Below, piece by piece: positions 38,429 through 53,242 of a stretch of 64,000 bases of DNA. Location: the NCBI RefSeq assembly GCF_001194135.2, contig NC_068988.1, positions 92,097,531 through 92,161,530 of the forward strand, written 5' to 3'. The translations under genes were made by a program, and so were the position numbers. The notes under the pieces are model-generated. The model was not told where the DNA came from. It did not search any database and saw nothing but the letters and a program-made list of their open reading frames with translations. Each line of letters begins with the position of its first letter. The stretch's first letter is position 1. This DNA comes from Octopus bimaculoides. Lineage: Eukaryota.

Positions 38429-41061
38429 GTATATATACAAATTTATATATATATTTATTTGTATATATAATTATATATATTTTTATTAATATATATATAT
38501 ATTTATATATATACTCTCTTTACTCTTTTCTCTTTTACTTTTATTCTATCGGTCGCTTTTGCCGAACGGCTAAGTATCGGTTGTCAAGCGATGTTGGGGG
38601 GACAAACACACATATATATACATATATACGACGGGCTTCTTTCAGTTTCCGTCTACCAAATCCACTCACAAGGCTTTAGTCGGCCCGAGGCTATAGTTGA
38701 AGACACTTGCCAAAGGTGCCACGCAGTGGGACTGGACCCGGAACCATGTGGTTGGTAAGCAAGCTACTTACCACACAGTCACTACATATTTTTATCTATA
38801 TATATATTTTATTAATATTATTATTGTTATTGAGTGAGAGAGCAATGCATGTCATTAAAGTGACATTTGGGTACAAATATACAAAACCCAATATACCCAT
38901 CATGACTATCTGCCCGTTACAGATACACCAAGTACATGCATCACAGCCATATGTGTGCAACATGGTGATCTCATATCGAGATAAACATTGCATGACCTTG
39001 CAGGTGGGACCCAGTTAGAATTTTATTCAGGTCAAGTAGCCCATCCTGCTCAAAAGGTCTCTGAATAAGGTTTGTCTAAGGATAATGAATGAAACATGCA
39101 TGTTTCCAGAGGTGAATTATTCAAACCCCAAAGAATTCCTCTCAACTCATGGCTATGATGCTCCTCCACTGCTCTTGCTTGTGATCAGATATATCATCAG
39201 GCACGAAGTGTCATGCCCAATGGGTGATGGTCAAGCAAATCTGTGGTATTGAGCAGAATATACCAAGACAAAACATGTTGAAAATAACACTTCTAATTAT
39301 TTAGGATCAGAAGCCACGAGAACAGTTTGATTCAAGCCTATCAACCTTTAAATTCTGTAGGCTTCTTACAGAAGCCTAGCTTGTTGATATATATATATAG
39401 ANNNNNNNNNNNNNNNNNNNNNNNNNNNNNNNNNNNNNNNNNNNNNNNNNNNNNNNNNNNNNNNNNNNNNNNNNNNNNNNNNNNNNNNNNNNNNNNNNNN
39501 NNNNNNNNNNNNNNNNNNNNNNNNNNNNNNNNNNNNNNNNNNNNNNNNNNNNNNNNNNNNNNNNNNNNNNNNNNNNNNNNNNNNNNNNNNNNNNNNNNNN
39601 NNNNNNNNNNNNNNNNNNNNNNNNNNNNNNNNNNNNNNNNNNNNNNNNNNNNNNNNNNNNNNNNNNNNNNNNNNNNNNNNNNNNNNNNNNNNNNNNNNNN
39701 NNNNNNNNNNNNNNNNNNNNNNNNNNNNNNNNNNNNNNNNNNNNNNNNNNNNNCATGGGGAGCAATCTGCATAGAATATAGTATTGCATAATTTAGTAAG
39801 TTTTAAAACCTAATGAACTGAGATTATCCCATCAATTAGTTGATATATACTGCTTCTTGATATGTTCAAATTCTTTAAAAAAAAAACGAACAAGCAAGGG
39901 GGATAACTTGAAAAAGATCAGTTGATTGAAATTTTTAGACTATATAGACCAGTGGTTTCCAACCTTTTCACATGGTTCCCAATCCTTTTATTTGAATGAG
40001 TTTTCCCACGAACCCCTTTTAATATGCTTATCCTTATGTATGTATATAGATATATATATACATGAAATTTTGAATTTAGTTCACAGACCCCCCAGTACTA
40101 CCTTTGCGGGCCACCAGTGGTCCGCAAACCCCATGTTGGAAACCACTGATAAGACAATGTTAATTGGTGTGATCTTTAAAGACAACATGTGAGAGCAACA
40201 GCTGTCTATATTGCTATTGTCTATAGTCTATTCCTTTAATTATTTATTACTATATCAGGTTGGTTTACAATTATCTTACGAAGTAAATTAGTAGAATGAG
40301 TACAGTCTCATACACGCTATCTGTTTTCTGTTATGTTCTGTTGTCAATCCCCACCAAGATGAATTTTGTTTCTCATCATACTCAGGCTAATAAAATTAGG
40401 TACTAGTGAGATGTTGGAGTTGATTTGACTAATCCCTTCCCAACAGCGTGTAGAACTATACCTAAATCAAAATTCATTTCTATAAAAAAGGAATTTGTAA
40501 TAAATAAAATCCTTAATAAAAAACAAAGTGAAGGCACATGGCCTAGTGGTTAGTGTGTTACACTCACAGTCGCAAGATCATAGTTTCAATTCCCAGACTG
40601 GGTGGTGCATTAATTTCTTGAGCTATACACTTCATTTCACATTACTTCAATCCGTTTAACTGTAAATGAATTACTATGCAACAGACGGGCTTACTTTTCA
40701 GGGGGAATATTACAATCTCAGTCACTTATATTCTATGAATCCAAGAACTCATGACAGTGCTAACTAATAATAAAAAAAAAATAGTAAACTCACCAACAAA
40801 AAAAAAATGGTGATATCTAATGTTAGGAGGTTGAACCTTGTAAAAGAGATGAAGAAACCCCACAACAAAAGGACAAATTCAGTCAACCCATTCCTGCATG
40901 GATGCTAATGATTAAATAAATAGGAGGGGTTAGTGTCAAGAACCCCTTTCGGCCTACATAGACCCTTAAACTTGCAGGCTTTAAAATAGTAAATATTTAG
41001 CTTCATTTTTTGGATGAATGGAAAATATGGTGAGTGAGAAAATACTGATCAAATTGTTTAA

Positions 41062-41491
41062 CTCTTTAGCAATTAAACTGGTCATATCCAGCCCAAATAT
41101 TCTACCTATTTTATGTTCAAACCAACCAGATCCAGCCTCTCACACTTACCCTACAATGTCATTCTAAAAATAAACAATCACTTCATTAAAATCTCAAAGC
41201 TACGAGGTAATGATTGATTAATTCAAAACATTGTGAATAAATAAGCATAATCTGAGTGATAAAGGGGTTAACCCCTTCGTTATCATTTATTCTGAAATAT
41301 ACTGCCTTCTTTTTAATTAATTTTGAAAATAATGAAGAATTTATTAAAATAACTTTGATTATTAAGCTGGTGTTTCAAACATATATCAACATAAAATTTT
41401 GATGGAAGGTTTTAATTCAGATCGCATTAAAACAGGAATTTGTCATATCATAGAACCAAGGGCAATTTTGGGCAGGTTAGGAGCAAAAGGG
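41062..41491. mobile_element. Two tandem TTAA-flanked piggyBac-type non-autonomous elements
   Basis: TTAA at 41058, 41268 and 41492, with CCCTT...AAGGG-like termini. Relatives at about 6280-6500, 59709-59930 and 61368-61572. Confidence 0.65.
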
Positions 41492-44400
41492 TTAAAGCAG
41501 GATTCTTTTTTTTTTTTCGTCCATTAGAAATGGGGAAAAACATTGCTCTTAGCCCCTTTTCACCTGGTCTGAGACTGGTGGGTTGAAGAGAAGGAGAAAG
41601 TTACCCTCAAACTGGATGCATTAACCAAAATGTTTACTACAAAATAGATTCTACTGAAGCCACTCAATGTACCAAGTGGTGGTGTTAAGCCAGGTAACAG
41701 ATTAAAAACTGTCGTTGTAGAGTTAGTGCTGGATGTATAGAGTCAGTGAGAAAGAGATGTCGTTGCAGTAAGAGTTTAAGTAGTAGAAAAAGGACAACTC
41801 ATAAAAGAAACTATGGTATGAGCAGTATCCCACACACACAGTTTCAGATTTGTGAACTGTATACTCTGTATATTGATATAGGTTAGATCTGTATTCTGTA
41901 ATGTGCTCTGCATTAAGAGTACAAATGACAAAATGGTGAAAAGTTAGTGGACAGTAAGCTGGGTCTGCAATTCACATTTTGTCACCAGCACCTCACCTTT
42001 AGAAGTTAACCCTAGGTTGAATTACAACTGATAATGACCTTTGGATTTAACAAATGATTCATTAGCTTATATTCTTGAATTCAATCCCACCTAAAGGAGA
42101 TTGACTCTTCATATCCAGGAACAGATGTATCTTTTATTCACTCATCTCTGCATGAAACAAGATATGCACCAGCTTGGGAAAATAACTTACGGTTGAAGGT
42201 TTCTCAGTTTACATCTGAGGAGGAAGTCTGGTCTTGTTTATGTGTAACCCTCATTGTTTTAGTGTCTTCTTTTCTATGCTTGTATGGATCAGACAGAATT
42301 TGTTGGGGCAGATTTTGTATGGCCAAATACCCTTCCTGTCATTTTAAGGTGACGATTTAGCACACACCTCTTTTATCATTATCCTTGATGATTTACTTTG
42401 AATATCAGTGGATACAATAAATTGTAAAGATCTTTTTTGTTTCTCCGAAGCACTGCTCATATGACTCATACTGATACTGATTTTGAACTACCAGCTAATT
42501 CTTTACATGATGCACAATATCTCTTGATTTCCCTTTGAGATAGCAGCAAACTATGTTGAGCTCTACCTGAATAACTTAAGAAAGAATACATTCATCTGTG
42601 TCATCAGCAGAAGATACATTTACAAATTAAAATCTTAAGTGACAATTTTATGAACTGTGAGGATGATTTAAAATAGCTAGGCTCATGTGTAATGAAGTCA
42701 GAAAAGGATTTTCTCATTCCGAAGATCATGACATGGTTGCCTTGCAGTAAGACTGGTCAATGTTTGGACATCTGGTTTAAGCTGATCATTTAAAATCATT
42801 AGTTTCATTAAGTCAGTTCGCTCTTATATCTCAGAGACACTTCCCATAAGACTTCAAAAATGATAAGCTGGTAGCTTTGTTTGATTTATATGTAGAGTAC
42901 AAAATCTTTTAAAGAAAACTTATCCAACACTAAAACAAATTTATGGGACTTTTCCTAGAGTACAATTTACTGGGCACTGCTCTGCAGTAAAAGATAACCT
43001 AAAGTCACCATTTTTACTTTAGAGACCTTGATCAACTGGTGGAAAAAGTCATGAGCTCTCTATCCAGGTGTCATCCCTGGAAATTTGGGGTACATGGTGT
43101 GAGACTTTGATGGGGTGATGCAGGTTAATGAATTTCAGACACAAATTTTGAAGTCTGTTTTGATGATGAGACATTAATATTATAAATATTCATATAAGGT
43201 TGAGCTCCATCATGGCCTTAGCCATGCTGGCTAAAACAAAGCAAAGAACTAAATCTAAAAATTAGGACTGAAAAGTAAAATATATTTAACCCTTTCACGA
43301 TCATATTGCTATTGAAATGCACTGTTAACAAAACAACTATCTTGTTCTAATTATTCAGCTGCTCTTTTGAACATAATTTGATGAAAGGTTCTTACATAAA
43401 ATTGAGTTTTAATCTAAATAAAATTACATTAAAACAAGCTACATTCAATCATCATAGTGTTAGAGGTAGTCTCAGGTGGAATAATATCAAAAGGATTTCA
43501 AATGTTAATCCAATTTGGCACTTGTTCCCTAAAGCTAGGTAAAGTGCAGCAATGAGAACTAGGTATACAGTTGGGGTTGAACTTGAAACTTATGCATCCC
43601 ATATTATATTCACATTATTATTTCAGTTCTACTGACCATAGTACAGCTGTTCAACTGAAAACACTAATTCTTATCTTCTCGTCTGTATTCTATTTTGTCC
43701 CTAACGAAGATGTCATTTGAACTTCCATGAAACTATTCATTACTGAGGCAGTTCTTATTGGCATTGTTATCACTAGTATCATCATCTTCACCACCACCAC
43801 CACCATTTCTTTTGTTAGTAGCACCACCACCACCACCACCACCACTATCACTATCTTCCCTATCTCATCACCATTCCAACCGTCATCGTCTATCATTTAG
43901 ATCTACAGTGTTTTCTTCAGTTATTGTCTACAAACAATACTCTTGATCTATTTATGGTTACAAAAGTCCTGCTGAAGCACCAATCTTTCTACAATAAACT
44001 GTCAAGATCACGAAGTAATGCACTTCACATCATCACAGGCTGGATACAGACCACCTGTACAAAAAAAAAAACAAAAAAAAACTGAATATGAAAGACAACC
44101 CAGACATGTAAAAGAGAGTTTGTTGCTGCAGCAGGCATCACCCTTCACAGTGCTTGCTACTACCTGCATTAATCAACTCATTAACTAACAAGTACAACCA
44201 CAACACCCCTGGAACACTACTACAATGCCATATTTTCCACCCAGTCCAAGAACTATGATAAAACTTCCAGAACTTTGCTATAACACCATCTCTTATTCAG
44301 ATCATCGCCTCTTCTGCCCAGTCCAGATGCTGCTATAACAACTCTCTCACCCAGCCCAAACACTATCTTTTATCTTTTACTTGCCTCAGTTAATAGACTG

Positions 44401-44862
44401 TGGCCATGCTGGGGCATCACCTTGAAGGGTTTTAGTCAAACAAATCACCCCAGAACTTACTCTTTTAAGCCTGGTACTTATTCTGTCAGTCTCATTTGCT
44501 AAACTGCTAAGTTACAGGCATGTAAACATACCAACACCAGTTATCAAGCAGTGGTATGAGACAAACAGGAATACAAAGACACATGCACACATAGATATAT
44601 ACCTCATCATCATCATCATCATCATTGTTCTCGTCGTCATTTAATGTCCACTTTTCCATGCATTGGCAAGGGTTGGATGAAGTCTATTTGAGGCAAATTT
44701 TCTTCAGCCAGACGCCCTTCCTGTCACCTTTCCTCTTCTGTTTCCAAGCAAGGTAATATTTCCTCATGGTCAGACATGTTCTTTCAGGATATTGGAAATC
44801 AATGACACTAACTGTATGAAAGTCACACCCATTTACAACTATCACGTGATATGAAGACAATA

Positions 44863-44934
<72 letters not shown>

Positions 44935-44944
44935 NNNNNNNNNN

Positions 44945-45009
<65 letters not shown>

Positions 45010-45626
45010 TATATATATACAACAGGCTTCTCTCAGTTTCCATCTACCAAATCCATTCACAAGGCTTTGGTCGACTCAAGGCTACCGTAGAAGACATTTG
45101 CCTAAAGTGGCATGCAGTGGCACTGAACCTAGAACCATGTAGTTGGAAAGCAAGCTTCTTACCACACAGTCGTGCCTGCACTTATATATACATATACACA
45201 CACACATATACATATATCATTGTCAATCATGATGATGATTGATGATGCTATATGTATGTATATCCCTTACTTTTTATCTCTTTATTCACCAGTCCCGTTA
45301 TCTAACTACATATCTACCTACTCATAGATCCATCTGTCCTTCCATTTATCTATCCATCTGTCTGTCTATCTATCTCAGACACACCCAAAACATTACAATC
45401 TTTCATTTCATGACACAAACTTATTTCATCCTGTAAACTTCATTGAACTGATTGCTGCTGACAAAAGACCATCCCTAATTTACTTTTTTATTGTCTGTTT
45501 GTGTTTCTATAGAAGAGAGGTGTACTACAAAGTTTGCTTTACAACCATGTAATTCTTAATTCAGCCCCATATGTAACTGCTTATATACACACACACACAC
45601 ACATATATATATACTTATATAAATAC

Positions 45627-45667
<41 letters not shown>

Positions 45668-46224
45668 NNNNNNNNNNNNNNNNNNNNNNNNNNNNNNNNN
45701 NNNNNNNNNNNNNNNNNNNNNNNNNNNNNNNNNNNNNNNNNNNNNNNNNNNNNNNNNNNNNNNNNNTGCTTTACAACCATGTAATTCTTAATTCAGCCCC
45801 ATATGTAACTGCTTATATACACACACACACACACATATATATATACTTATATAAATACATATATATATATATATATGTGTGTGTGTGTATGTATGACAGG
45901 CTTCTTTAAGTTTCCATCTACCAAATCCACTCACAATGTTTTGGTTGGCCTGAGGCTATAGTAGAAGACACTTGCCCAAGGTGCCATGCAATGGGACTGA
46001 ACCTTGAACTGTGTGGTTGGGAAGCAAGCTTCTTTCTAGATAGTCATACCTGCACATGTATGTGTATGCATGCATGTATATACATACATGCATATATGCA
46101 TGTATGTATATACATACATGCATATATGCATATACACATAAACTTTCACAATAAACATTGTTTCACCACAGTTCCAGAATTGATTTCACAGAATGGAATT
46201 TTGGGCAGGTGTCTCCTATGTTTT

Positions 46225-46460
46225 CTTGGCTTGGTTTCATGAACAAAGATTTACAGAGGGAAATCTCCACGTGTGCTGCAGGCTTGCCGACGCCTGACAA
46301 GTCCAATTCAGAACAATCAGACATGACTGCAGCGGCTGCATGGGAAAGTAGGCTGATCAGAGTTGTCATAGTGTCCTAGTTTGACCTCTTTTACTCTTTT
46401 GTCTGCAAAGATGGTCCTGCAGGTGTCTTCAAAGATGACTGTTTCCCCAAGGATAGTGAG
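46225..46460 (-). mobile_element. RTE LINE 3' end with C2H2-like tail
   Basis: PTFPCSRCSHV*LF*IGLVRRRQAC followed by an RTE-type tail ttcatgaaaccaagccaag. Confidence 0.7.
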
Positions 46461-49400
46461 ACACCAGACTCATGGTTAGATATATATGTATGTACACACA
46501 CACACACACACACGCACACATATATTCTTTTTTTTATATTTGTGCATTAAGACTACTATTAGTTTCATGTTAAAGAATACCTCAATGATTACAAAGCCTA
46601 TCACATGGAAACACTTGTGTTCATCTCCATTTTGGATTAATTGATAATTGTTGAAGTGTTCCTTAACATGAAAGCAATGGTAGCCTTAATACACCAATAA
46701 AGAATCTTAATCTATCAATGTAGTGTTGAGCACACATTCTCATTGTTTAATATTTACACACACACACACACACACATGCATGTGCGCACACACATACACA
46801 CACACATTCATTCATTCAGCTATTCATTCATCCATTCATGTGGACTGCAAGAATTGGTAGTCAAACAAAAATACCTTTTGGTGTTTCATTCTGCCACTGT
46901 TATAACCCTTTCCCCTATGTTGACATTGTTTTTCTTATGAAATCAATGAAATAAGCATTATACCAAAGTACTGTGGAATAAATATAATCAACTGAAAACT
47001 CTTAAATGTGGTGCCCCAGCATGGCCTCAGATTATTGACTGATACTAGTGAAAGAATAACAGAATTTATGAATCTATATAGCTATCTGTATGTCTGTCCA
47101 CCTATCTCCTACTTATCTATCTGTCTCAGTTTACCTCTTCAACCTACCCATCTTTCTCTCTATCTACTCATCTATATGCCTATTTACATTTTGGTATTTA
47201 CCCATCTACTGCTCCTGTCTACTTTACTTTCACCATTTAACAATGATCACATCTGTTTCACTCAATAACTACTTTAAAAATCTATATTACAATTTTCTTT
47301 TCTTTTTTATTTTTCACTAGTTTCTTCAATATTTGATATTCACTATATTGTTTTGACATTGTTTAACAATTAATTCCACAGAATTCTTATAGAAATCTTA
47401 ATTAGATGCTGCTATATAAGACACATTTTCATCAAAAGTAACAGTTAGTACCTACTAAACATTATTATAGTCACTATTTTCTTCAGTGTTTTTTTGTTGT
47501 TTTTTACTTTCTTTATTTTTTATTACTTCTGTTATTTTTGATATGGTTAATCAGTCTAGTTCACTTTACGAAACATTCGTAGTTGCTAAGCTATGGACAG
47601 TTAATGTATTATGGCTTATCAGTCTCAAACAAAATCATTTTAAAAGATTTTTATATAATCAAATATAACTTTTATATTGAGTAACGATATCATTTCAGAC
47701 AGTGTTCTCAGAATCATTTGAATCCATCAACAGACATCTACAGTATTTTCAATATATTCATTTAAAGTACATGACTTCCTAAGGGTCATAGTCAGTTAAG
47801 TTGAAGAATGAAAGGTCAATTGACCTATAATGATTGTTATCTATGCTCTTGGGTTATGTTGTGAGCTTTCAATGGAGGTGGGGGTAACAAATGTAATATT
47901 AAGGAGGTGCATGGTGGCAAGGTAGCAGAATAGTCAGCATGCTGGACAAAATGCTTAGCAGCATTCCATCCATCTTTATGTTCTGAGCTCAAATTCTCTC
48001 AAGGTTAACTTTGCTTTTCATCCTTTTGAGGTCAATAAAATAAGTACTAGTGGAGCACTGGGTTGATGTCATTGACTTACCTCTCCTCTAAAATTGCTGG
48101 CTTTGTACCAAAATCTGAAACCAATATTAAGAATGTACTGTGGGATGTCTTGGGTGCTTGGACGGGGTCATGATTTCCTTATTAATTAAAAATTTTAAAC
48201 CAGTTTTTGTCTACCAAAGCTTGGATCAACCCAGGGCTGAAGAAGACATTTTTGTTCAAGCTGTCATATAATGTGTCTGAACCACACAGCCACAATTCTG
48301 CCTATACCTAAGAATTATATTAAGGATAAACATGTCTATGGGATACTCAGCCACCTAGAGAGTGATTCATTGACCATAAACCAATGTAGATATATAAACT
48401 TATTTTCACTGTGTGTTTTTGCGTGTATGTGTTGCTTTGTAATTAGGTGTGCTTGCATGTTTGTTTCAGTGTGTAAGAGATAATGCGTGCTTCTGTCTAT
48501 GTATCTGTAAGTCAGCATGTGTGTGCTTGTGTATGTGTATGGTTAGATGAGACCAATAGTCTTACTCACATCGCTGCTGTATTCCTAATTAGTCTGACAT
48601 CTTACAATAACAGTATTTAAAAGAAACTGTGTTAAAATACTAAATACAGAATGAAGGTTGACCCTAATTTTAACAATTTACCTCAACCCTTCCACTTATC
48701 AGCCCTGTTACAACATCTGATTCTTACATTGCCCAAGATTTGCCATTTCTAAAATGATTGTTACAGATATCACAGCTACTCCCACATAGAATTTACTGTA
48801 ATTAAGATTGTTATTTTCTGTTTGTAAGTTAGTTGTTGTTGTTCTTCTTCTTCTGCCCTGGTTGAGCATATCTCTAACAAAATACATTCCAACAATGACT
48901 ATCCTATCATTTTCCTATGTTCAAGGAGTGCAAGACTACATTGTCCAGTGGGGTATGATCTGAGAGAGAGATTTGGCTGCTATTTCTAGCAGACTGAATG
49001 AAGCACACAAAGGCTCCTTTAGTAGTTCATGTAAGTTAGTGAGAGGAGCAGGAAAGACAATGTCCATAAGCACCATTCCCAAATTGATGAAGTTATTGTG
49101 GTTAATGTTAATTCCTATGATATAGGCCAATATTTGTAAGAAAAATGTGGCTGAGTATGGAAGGAATTCCAGAGGATTGAAATTCCAAGAGAACAGGATT
49201 GAGGAAAAGGTGGTAAGTCTGGAAAGTGAGACATTGTAAACTTAATTATAGCAGGAGAGACTTGTAATTCAGGTCAGGTATTGGTGGAGAGGGTATGCAT
49301 CTAGATGATTCAGTGTGGTGGGTACTTAATCAGAGGTGGTAGTGATAGGAGTGGAATATCGTCACTATGTATAAATGAAGGGTCTTGTTATTTAAGTTTT

Positions 49401-49929
49401 GGATAATTTTGAGGTCAGTCAGCTTGACAGTCTTTCCTTTTCTTGCAAAATATTCCACTGTGAATTATAATCCTTATATATTTCTGAGATTTTAGAATAG
49501 GTACACTGTTTTAGATGCAACTAAAAGGTCTGACAGTAGGAAAGGCATCTAACCATGCAACACAGCCTCAAAAAGTCCTTTTCAAGCAATGCCAGCATGG
49601 AAAAGTGCCCATAAGAACAGTGGTGGTAGTGGTTGTGGTGGTGACACCGACAGCGGCAGCGGCAACTATAGCAGTGGTGATGATGATGATGATGATGATG
49701 ATATTTCACTATAGGTGTTTTGTTATGCTTCTGGTGTACTGTATTAGCTGTATGAAGAAGGTCACTCAGGGACATTGCCTTTCAACCTTCTGTGTTAATA
49801 AAACAAATTATCAGTTTAAGTACTGGAGTCATTTTAATTATCTAAAGCATGCCCTTAAATGTATGGTCTTGTGCTTCTGTTAGAAATAATAATTATTTTA
49901 TCTTACTACAGTAAACTAGTTTCTACATG

Positions 49930-50760
49930 CAGTGGCCACCACAAATATAGAACCATTAAACAGATTTTGAAGTTTGTATGTTATGAATTACTTCAGTGTG
50001 CTTTAATTCTCAGAGGTGAAAAGATTATTATTAACATCAACAACAGTTTTCTTTTGAGCACAATATATTCACAGGTTAACATTCAGTATGATATTCTTCT
50101 GTCTTGATATTTTTGCGCTATCTGTGAAGTATGAGCCCAATCAAATGCTAATGGCTAGGAAGGCAAATTTGTTCCCAGTTCTTTAATTGTTCTATACAGA
50201 TTGTTGAGATCCAACAATCTCTGAGCTTTGATATTATGATCTGCTGTGTTCCAGAGATTTTCAATCAAATTGAGATCAAAGAGCTGAGAGTTCAGAGCAT
50301 TATCTTAACTTGTATTTTGTTATCAGATGTGAACTAGTTAAAATTATTCATCCACTGCACAGGATTCCACTCAGTAAAGTTCCAATCTGTGTCAGCCCAA
50401 GCAAATTTCAAGTGTGCCTTTTTGGTTTTACATGGAAATGAATGTCTTTTTATGGGTGTCACAACCATTTAGTCTGAATCGCTAGTAGTAGTTTGAATCT
50501 ATTCTGCTTGATGTCATTTGTTCATTGCCTCTGCCAATCTGTGAATGATTTTGAAAGACATGTTCATGGGTCTGTCACTTTGAATGCCATCATGGTAACT
50601 ACTAATGTCTCTGTAGGTGGCAACAAGTTTCATACAGAAGACTGATTGCTTTTTACATATAAAGTGATGTCCCTGCAGCAGATGTCCTCTTCTTATAGCT
50701 GAACTATATGTCTGTTTTGTAGGTGACAAACTGGCCTGCTTTCTCAACTATATTGTCACC
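49930..50760 (-). mobile_element. Degenerate Tc1-like transposon fragment
   Basis: Relic motifs AHLKFAWADTDWNFTEW (cf. ARLxFA...W) and SQLFDLNLIENLW (cf. SPDLNPIENLW), plus a TIR-like cagtggccaccacaaatatagaacc. Confidence 0.7.
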
Positions 50761-50858
50761 ATAATACTATTAAAAAATTCCACAGACTCACTTAGAGTCT
50801 TATATCTGGACAAGTGATTTGAAATTAAAACCATAGAAGACGTTTGTGAAAAATCCAT

Positions 50859-51270
50859 AGGTGCAGCATGGCTGTGTGCTAAGAAGCTTGCTTCCCAACC
50901 ACATGGTTCTGAGTTCAGTATCACTGTGGGGCACCTTGGGAAAATGTCTTCTATTATAGCCTCAGACCAACCAAAGTCTTGTGAGTGGATTTAGTAGATG
51001 GAAACTGAAAGAAGCCTATCATATATATATATATATATATGTATTTATGTATACCTTTGTGTCTGTGTTTTCCTCCACCACCATTTGACAACCAGTGTTG
51101 GTGTGTTTACATCCCTGTAACCTAGCAGTTTGGCAAAAGAAACTGATAGAATAAGTACTAGGCTTTAAAGAAAAAATAAGCCCTGAGTTCGATTTCTTTG
51201 ACTAAAACCCTTCAGGGCAGTACCCCAGCATGGCCACAGTCAAATGACCAAAACAAGTAAAAATAAAAGA
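50859..51270 (+). mobile_element. SINE family A copy
   Basis: Head, body and tail match 19083-19482. Confidence 0.85.
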
Positions 51271-51274
51271 GACC

Positions 51275-51690
51275 CATCTTCTTTGTCTGCTGTTACTGGG
51301 AGGGCTATGGGATCAGAGTCCTCAGGCACCTCTTCCATCAGAACCAACCATTATTACACTTTCTGACTTTTTTCCCAAGCTTGACCAACCGAGATTATAG
51401 ATATTATCCAACCTTCTCATTCTTGGTCAACTCTTAAGAATCTTGCTGATTGGCTTGGCTTGAAGAATCACATTTTGTGATTCTTTCTTGTAACATTCTG
51501 ATCACATGTCCCTAGTATCAAAGTTGTGACTCAATTTGCAGAGACTCCTTGATCTCTGAGCTACACATCCTGTTGAGTAAAGTTACTCCAGAGATCCTTC
51601 AGAATAACCTCATTTTGGCCACTTGCATTCACAATCATACTTTTTTGGCCATTACCCAACATTCTTTACCATAGGCTAGGATAGTCACAA
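51275..51690 (-). mobile_element. Degenerate RTE-type LINE 3' fragment
   Basis: MQVAKMRLF*RISGVTLLNRM...GHVIRM pattern. Confidence 0.6.
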
Positions 51691-52074
51691 AAACCAAATT
51701 GAAGATAGCAAGTTTGGGTTTTTTACCAACTTTTCCTTTTCTGAGGATTTAAATGAAATGATTTAAATAAGGGTTATTATTCTTTTATTCTTTTATTCTT
51801 TTACTCATTTCAGTCATTTGAGTGAGGCTATGCTGGAGCACCTCCTTGAAGAGTGTTAGTCAAACAAATTGATCCCAGGACTTTTCTTAAGCCTAGTACT
51901 TGTTCTATCAGTCTTTTTTGCCAAACTGCTAAGTCATGTGGACATAAATACACAAAAACCAGTTGTCAAGCGGTGATGGAGGGGACAAACACAGACACAA
52001 ACATACACATACACACTGATAGATATATACATACATACATACACACATACACACATGCATACATACATATATAC

Positions 52075-52121
<47 letters not shown>

Positions 52122-52848
52122 NNNNNNNNNNNNNNNNNNNNNNNNNNNNNNNNNNNNNNNNNNNNNNNNNNNNNNNNNNNNNNNNNNNNNNNNNNNNNNN
52201 NNNNNNNNNNNNNNNNNNNNNNNNNNNNNNNNNNNNNNNNNNNNNNNNNNNNNNNNNNNNNNNNNNNNNNNNNNNNNNNNNNNNNNNNNNNNNNNNNNNN
52301 NNNNNNNNNNNNNNNNNNNNNNNNNNNNNNNNNNNNNNNNNNNNNNNNNNNNNNNNNNNNNNNNNNNNNNNNNNNNNNNNNNNNNNNNNNNNNNNNNNNN
52401 NNNNNNNNNNNNNNNNNNNNNNNNNNNNNNNNNNNNNNNNNNNNNNNNNNNNNNNNNNNNNNNNNNNNNNNNNNNNNNNNNNNNNNNNNNNNNNNNNNNN
52501 NNNNNNNNNNNNNNNNNNNNNNNNNNNNNNNNNNNNNNNNNNNNNNNNNNNNNNNNNNNNNNNNNNNNNNNNNNNNNNNNNNNNNNNNNNNNNNNNNNNN
52601 NNNNNNNNNNNNNNNNNNNNNNNNNNNNNNNNNNNNNNNNNNNNNNNNNNNNNNNNNNNNNNNNNNNNNNNNNNNNNNNNNNNNNNNNNNNNNNNNNNNN
52701 NNNNNNNNNNNNNNNNNNNNNNNNNNNNNNNNNNNNNNNNNNNNNNNNNNNNNNNNNNNNNNNNNNNNNNNNNNNNNNNNNNNNNNNNNNNNNNNNNNNN
52801 NNNNNNNNNNNNNNNNNNNNNNNNNTATATGTATATAATGAGGCTTGT

Positions 52849-53242
52849 GGAGGCGCAATGGCCCAGTGGTTAGGGCAGCGGACTCATGGTCATAGGATCG
52901 CGGTTTCGATTCCCACACCAAGCATTGTGAGTGTTTGTTGAGCGAAAACACCTAAAGCTCCACGAGGCTCTGGCAGGCTGGCAGGGGGACGGTGGCGAAC
53001 CCTGTTGTACTCTTCCACCACAACTTTCTCTCACTCTTACTTCCTGTTTCTGTTGTGCCTGTAATTCAAAGGGTCAGCCTTGTCACATTGTGTCACGCTG
53101 AATATCCCCGAGAACTACGTTTAGGGTACACGTGTCTGTGGAGTGCTCAGCCACTTGCACGTTAATTTCACAAGCAGGCTGTTCCGTTGAACGGATCAAC
53201 TGGAACCCTCAACGTCGTAAACGACGGAGTGCCAACAACAAC
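52849..53242 (+). mobile_element. Young tRNA-derived SINE (family C) with 12-bp TSD
   Basis: ggaggcgcaatggcccagtggttagggcagcgg...ggtttcgattccc head and (CAA)n tail. TSD ataatgaggctt at 52835-52846 and 53243-53254. Confidence 0.9.

Noticed and set aside
42119-42191. Possible next ATG10 exon (EQMYLLFTHLCMKQ...)
   Set aside because: Acceptor is plausible but the donor is weak and there is no recognisable homology.
43690-44060. Gly/Asp- or Pro-rich ORFs near a strong minus-strand acceptor
   Set aside because: Trinucleotide simple repeats with stops in all frames between the acceptor and the repeats.
45535-45880. Apparent ~130-bp direct duplication
   Set aside because: Identical sequence flanks a ~100-N gap, which is typical of unmerged contig overlap.
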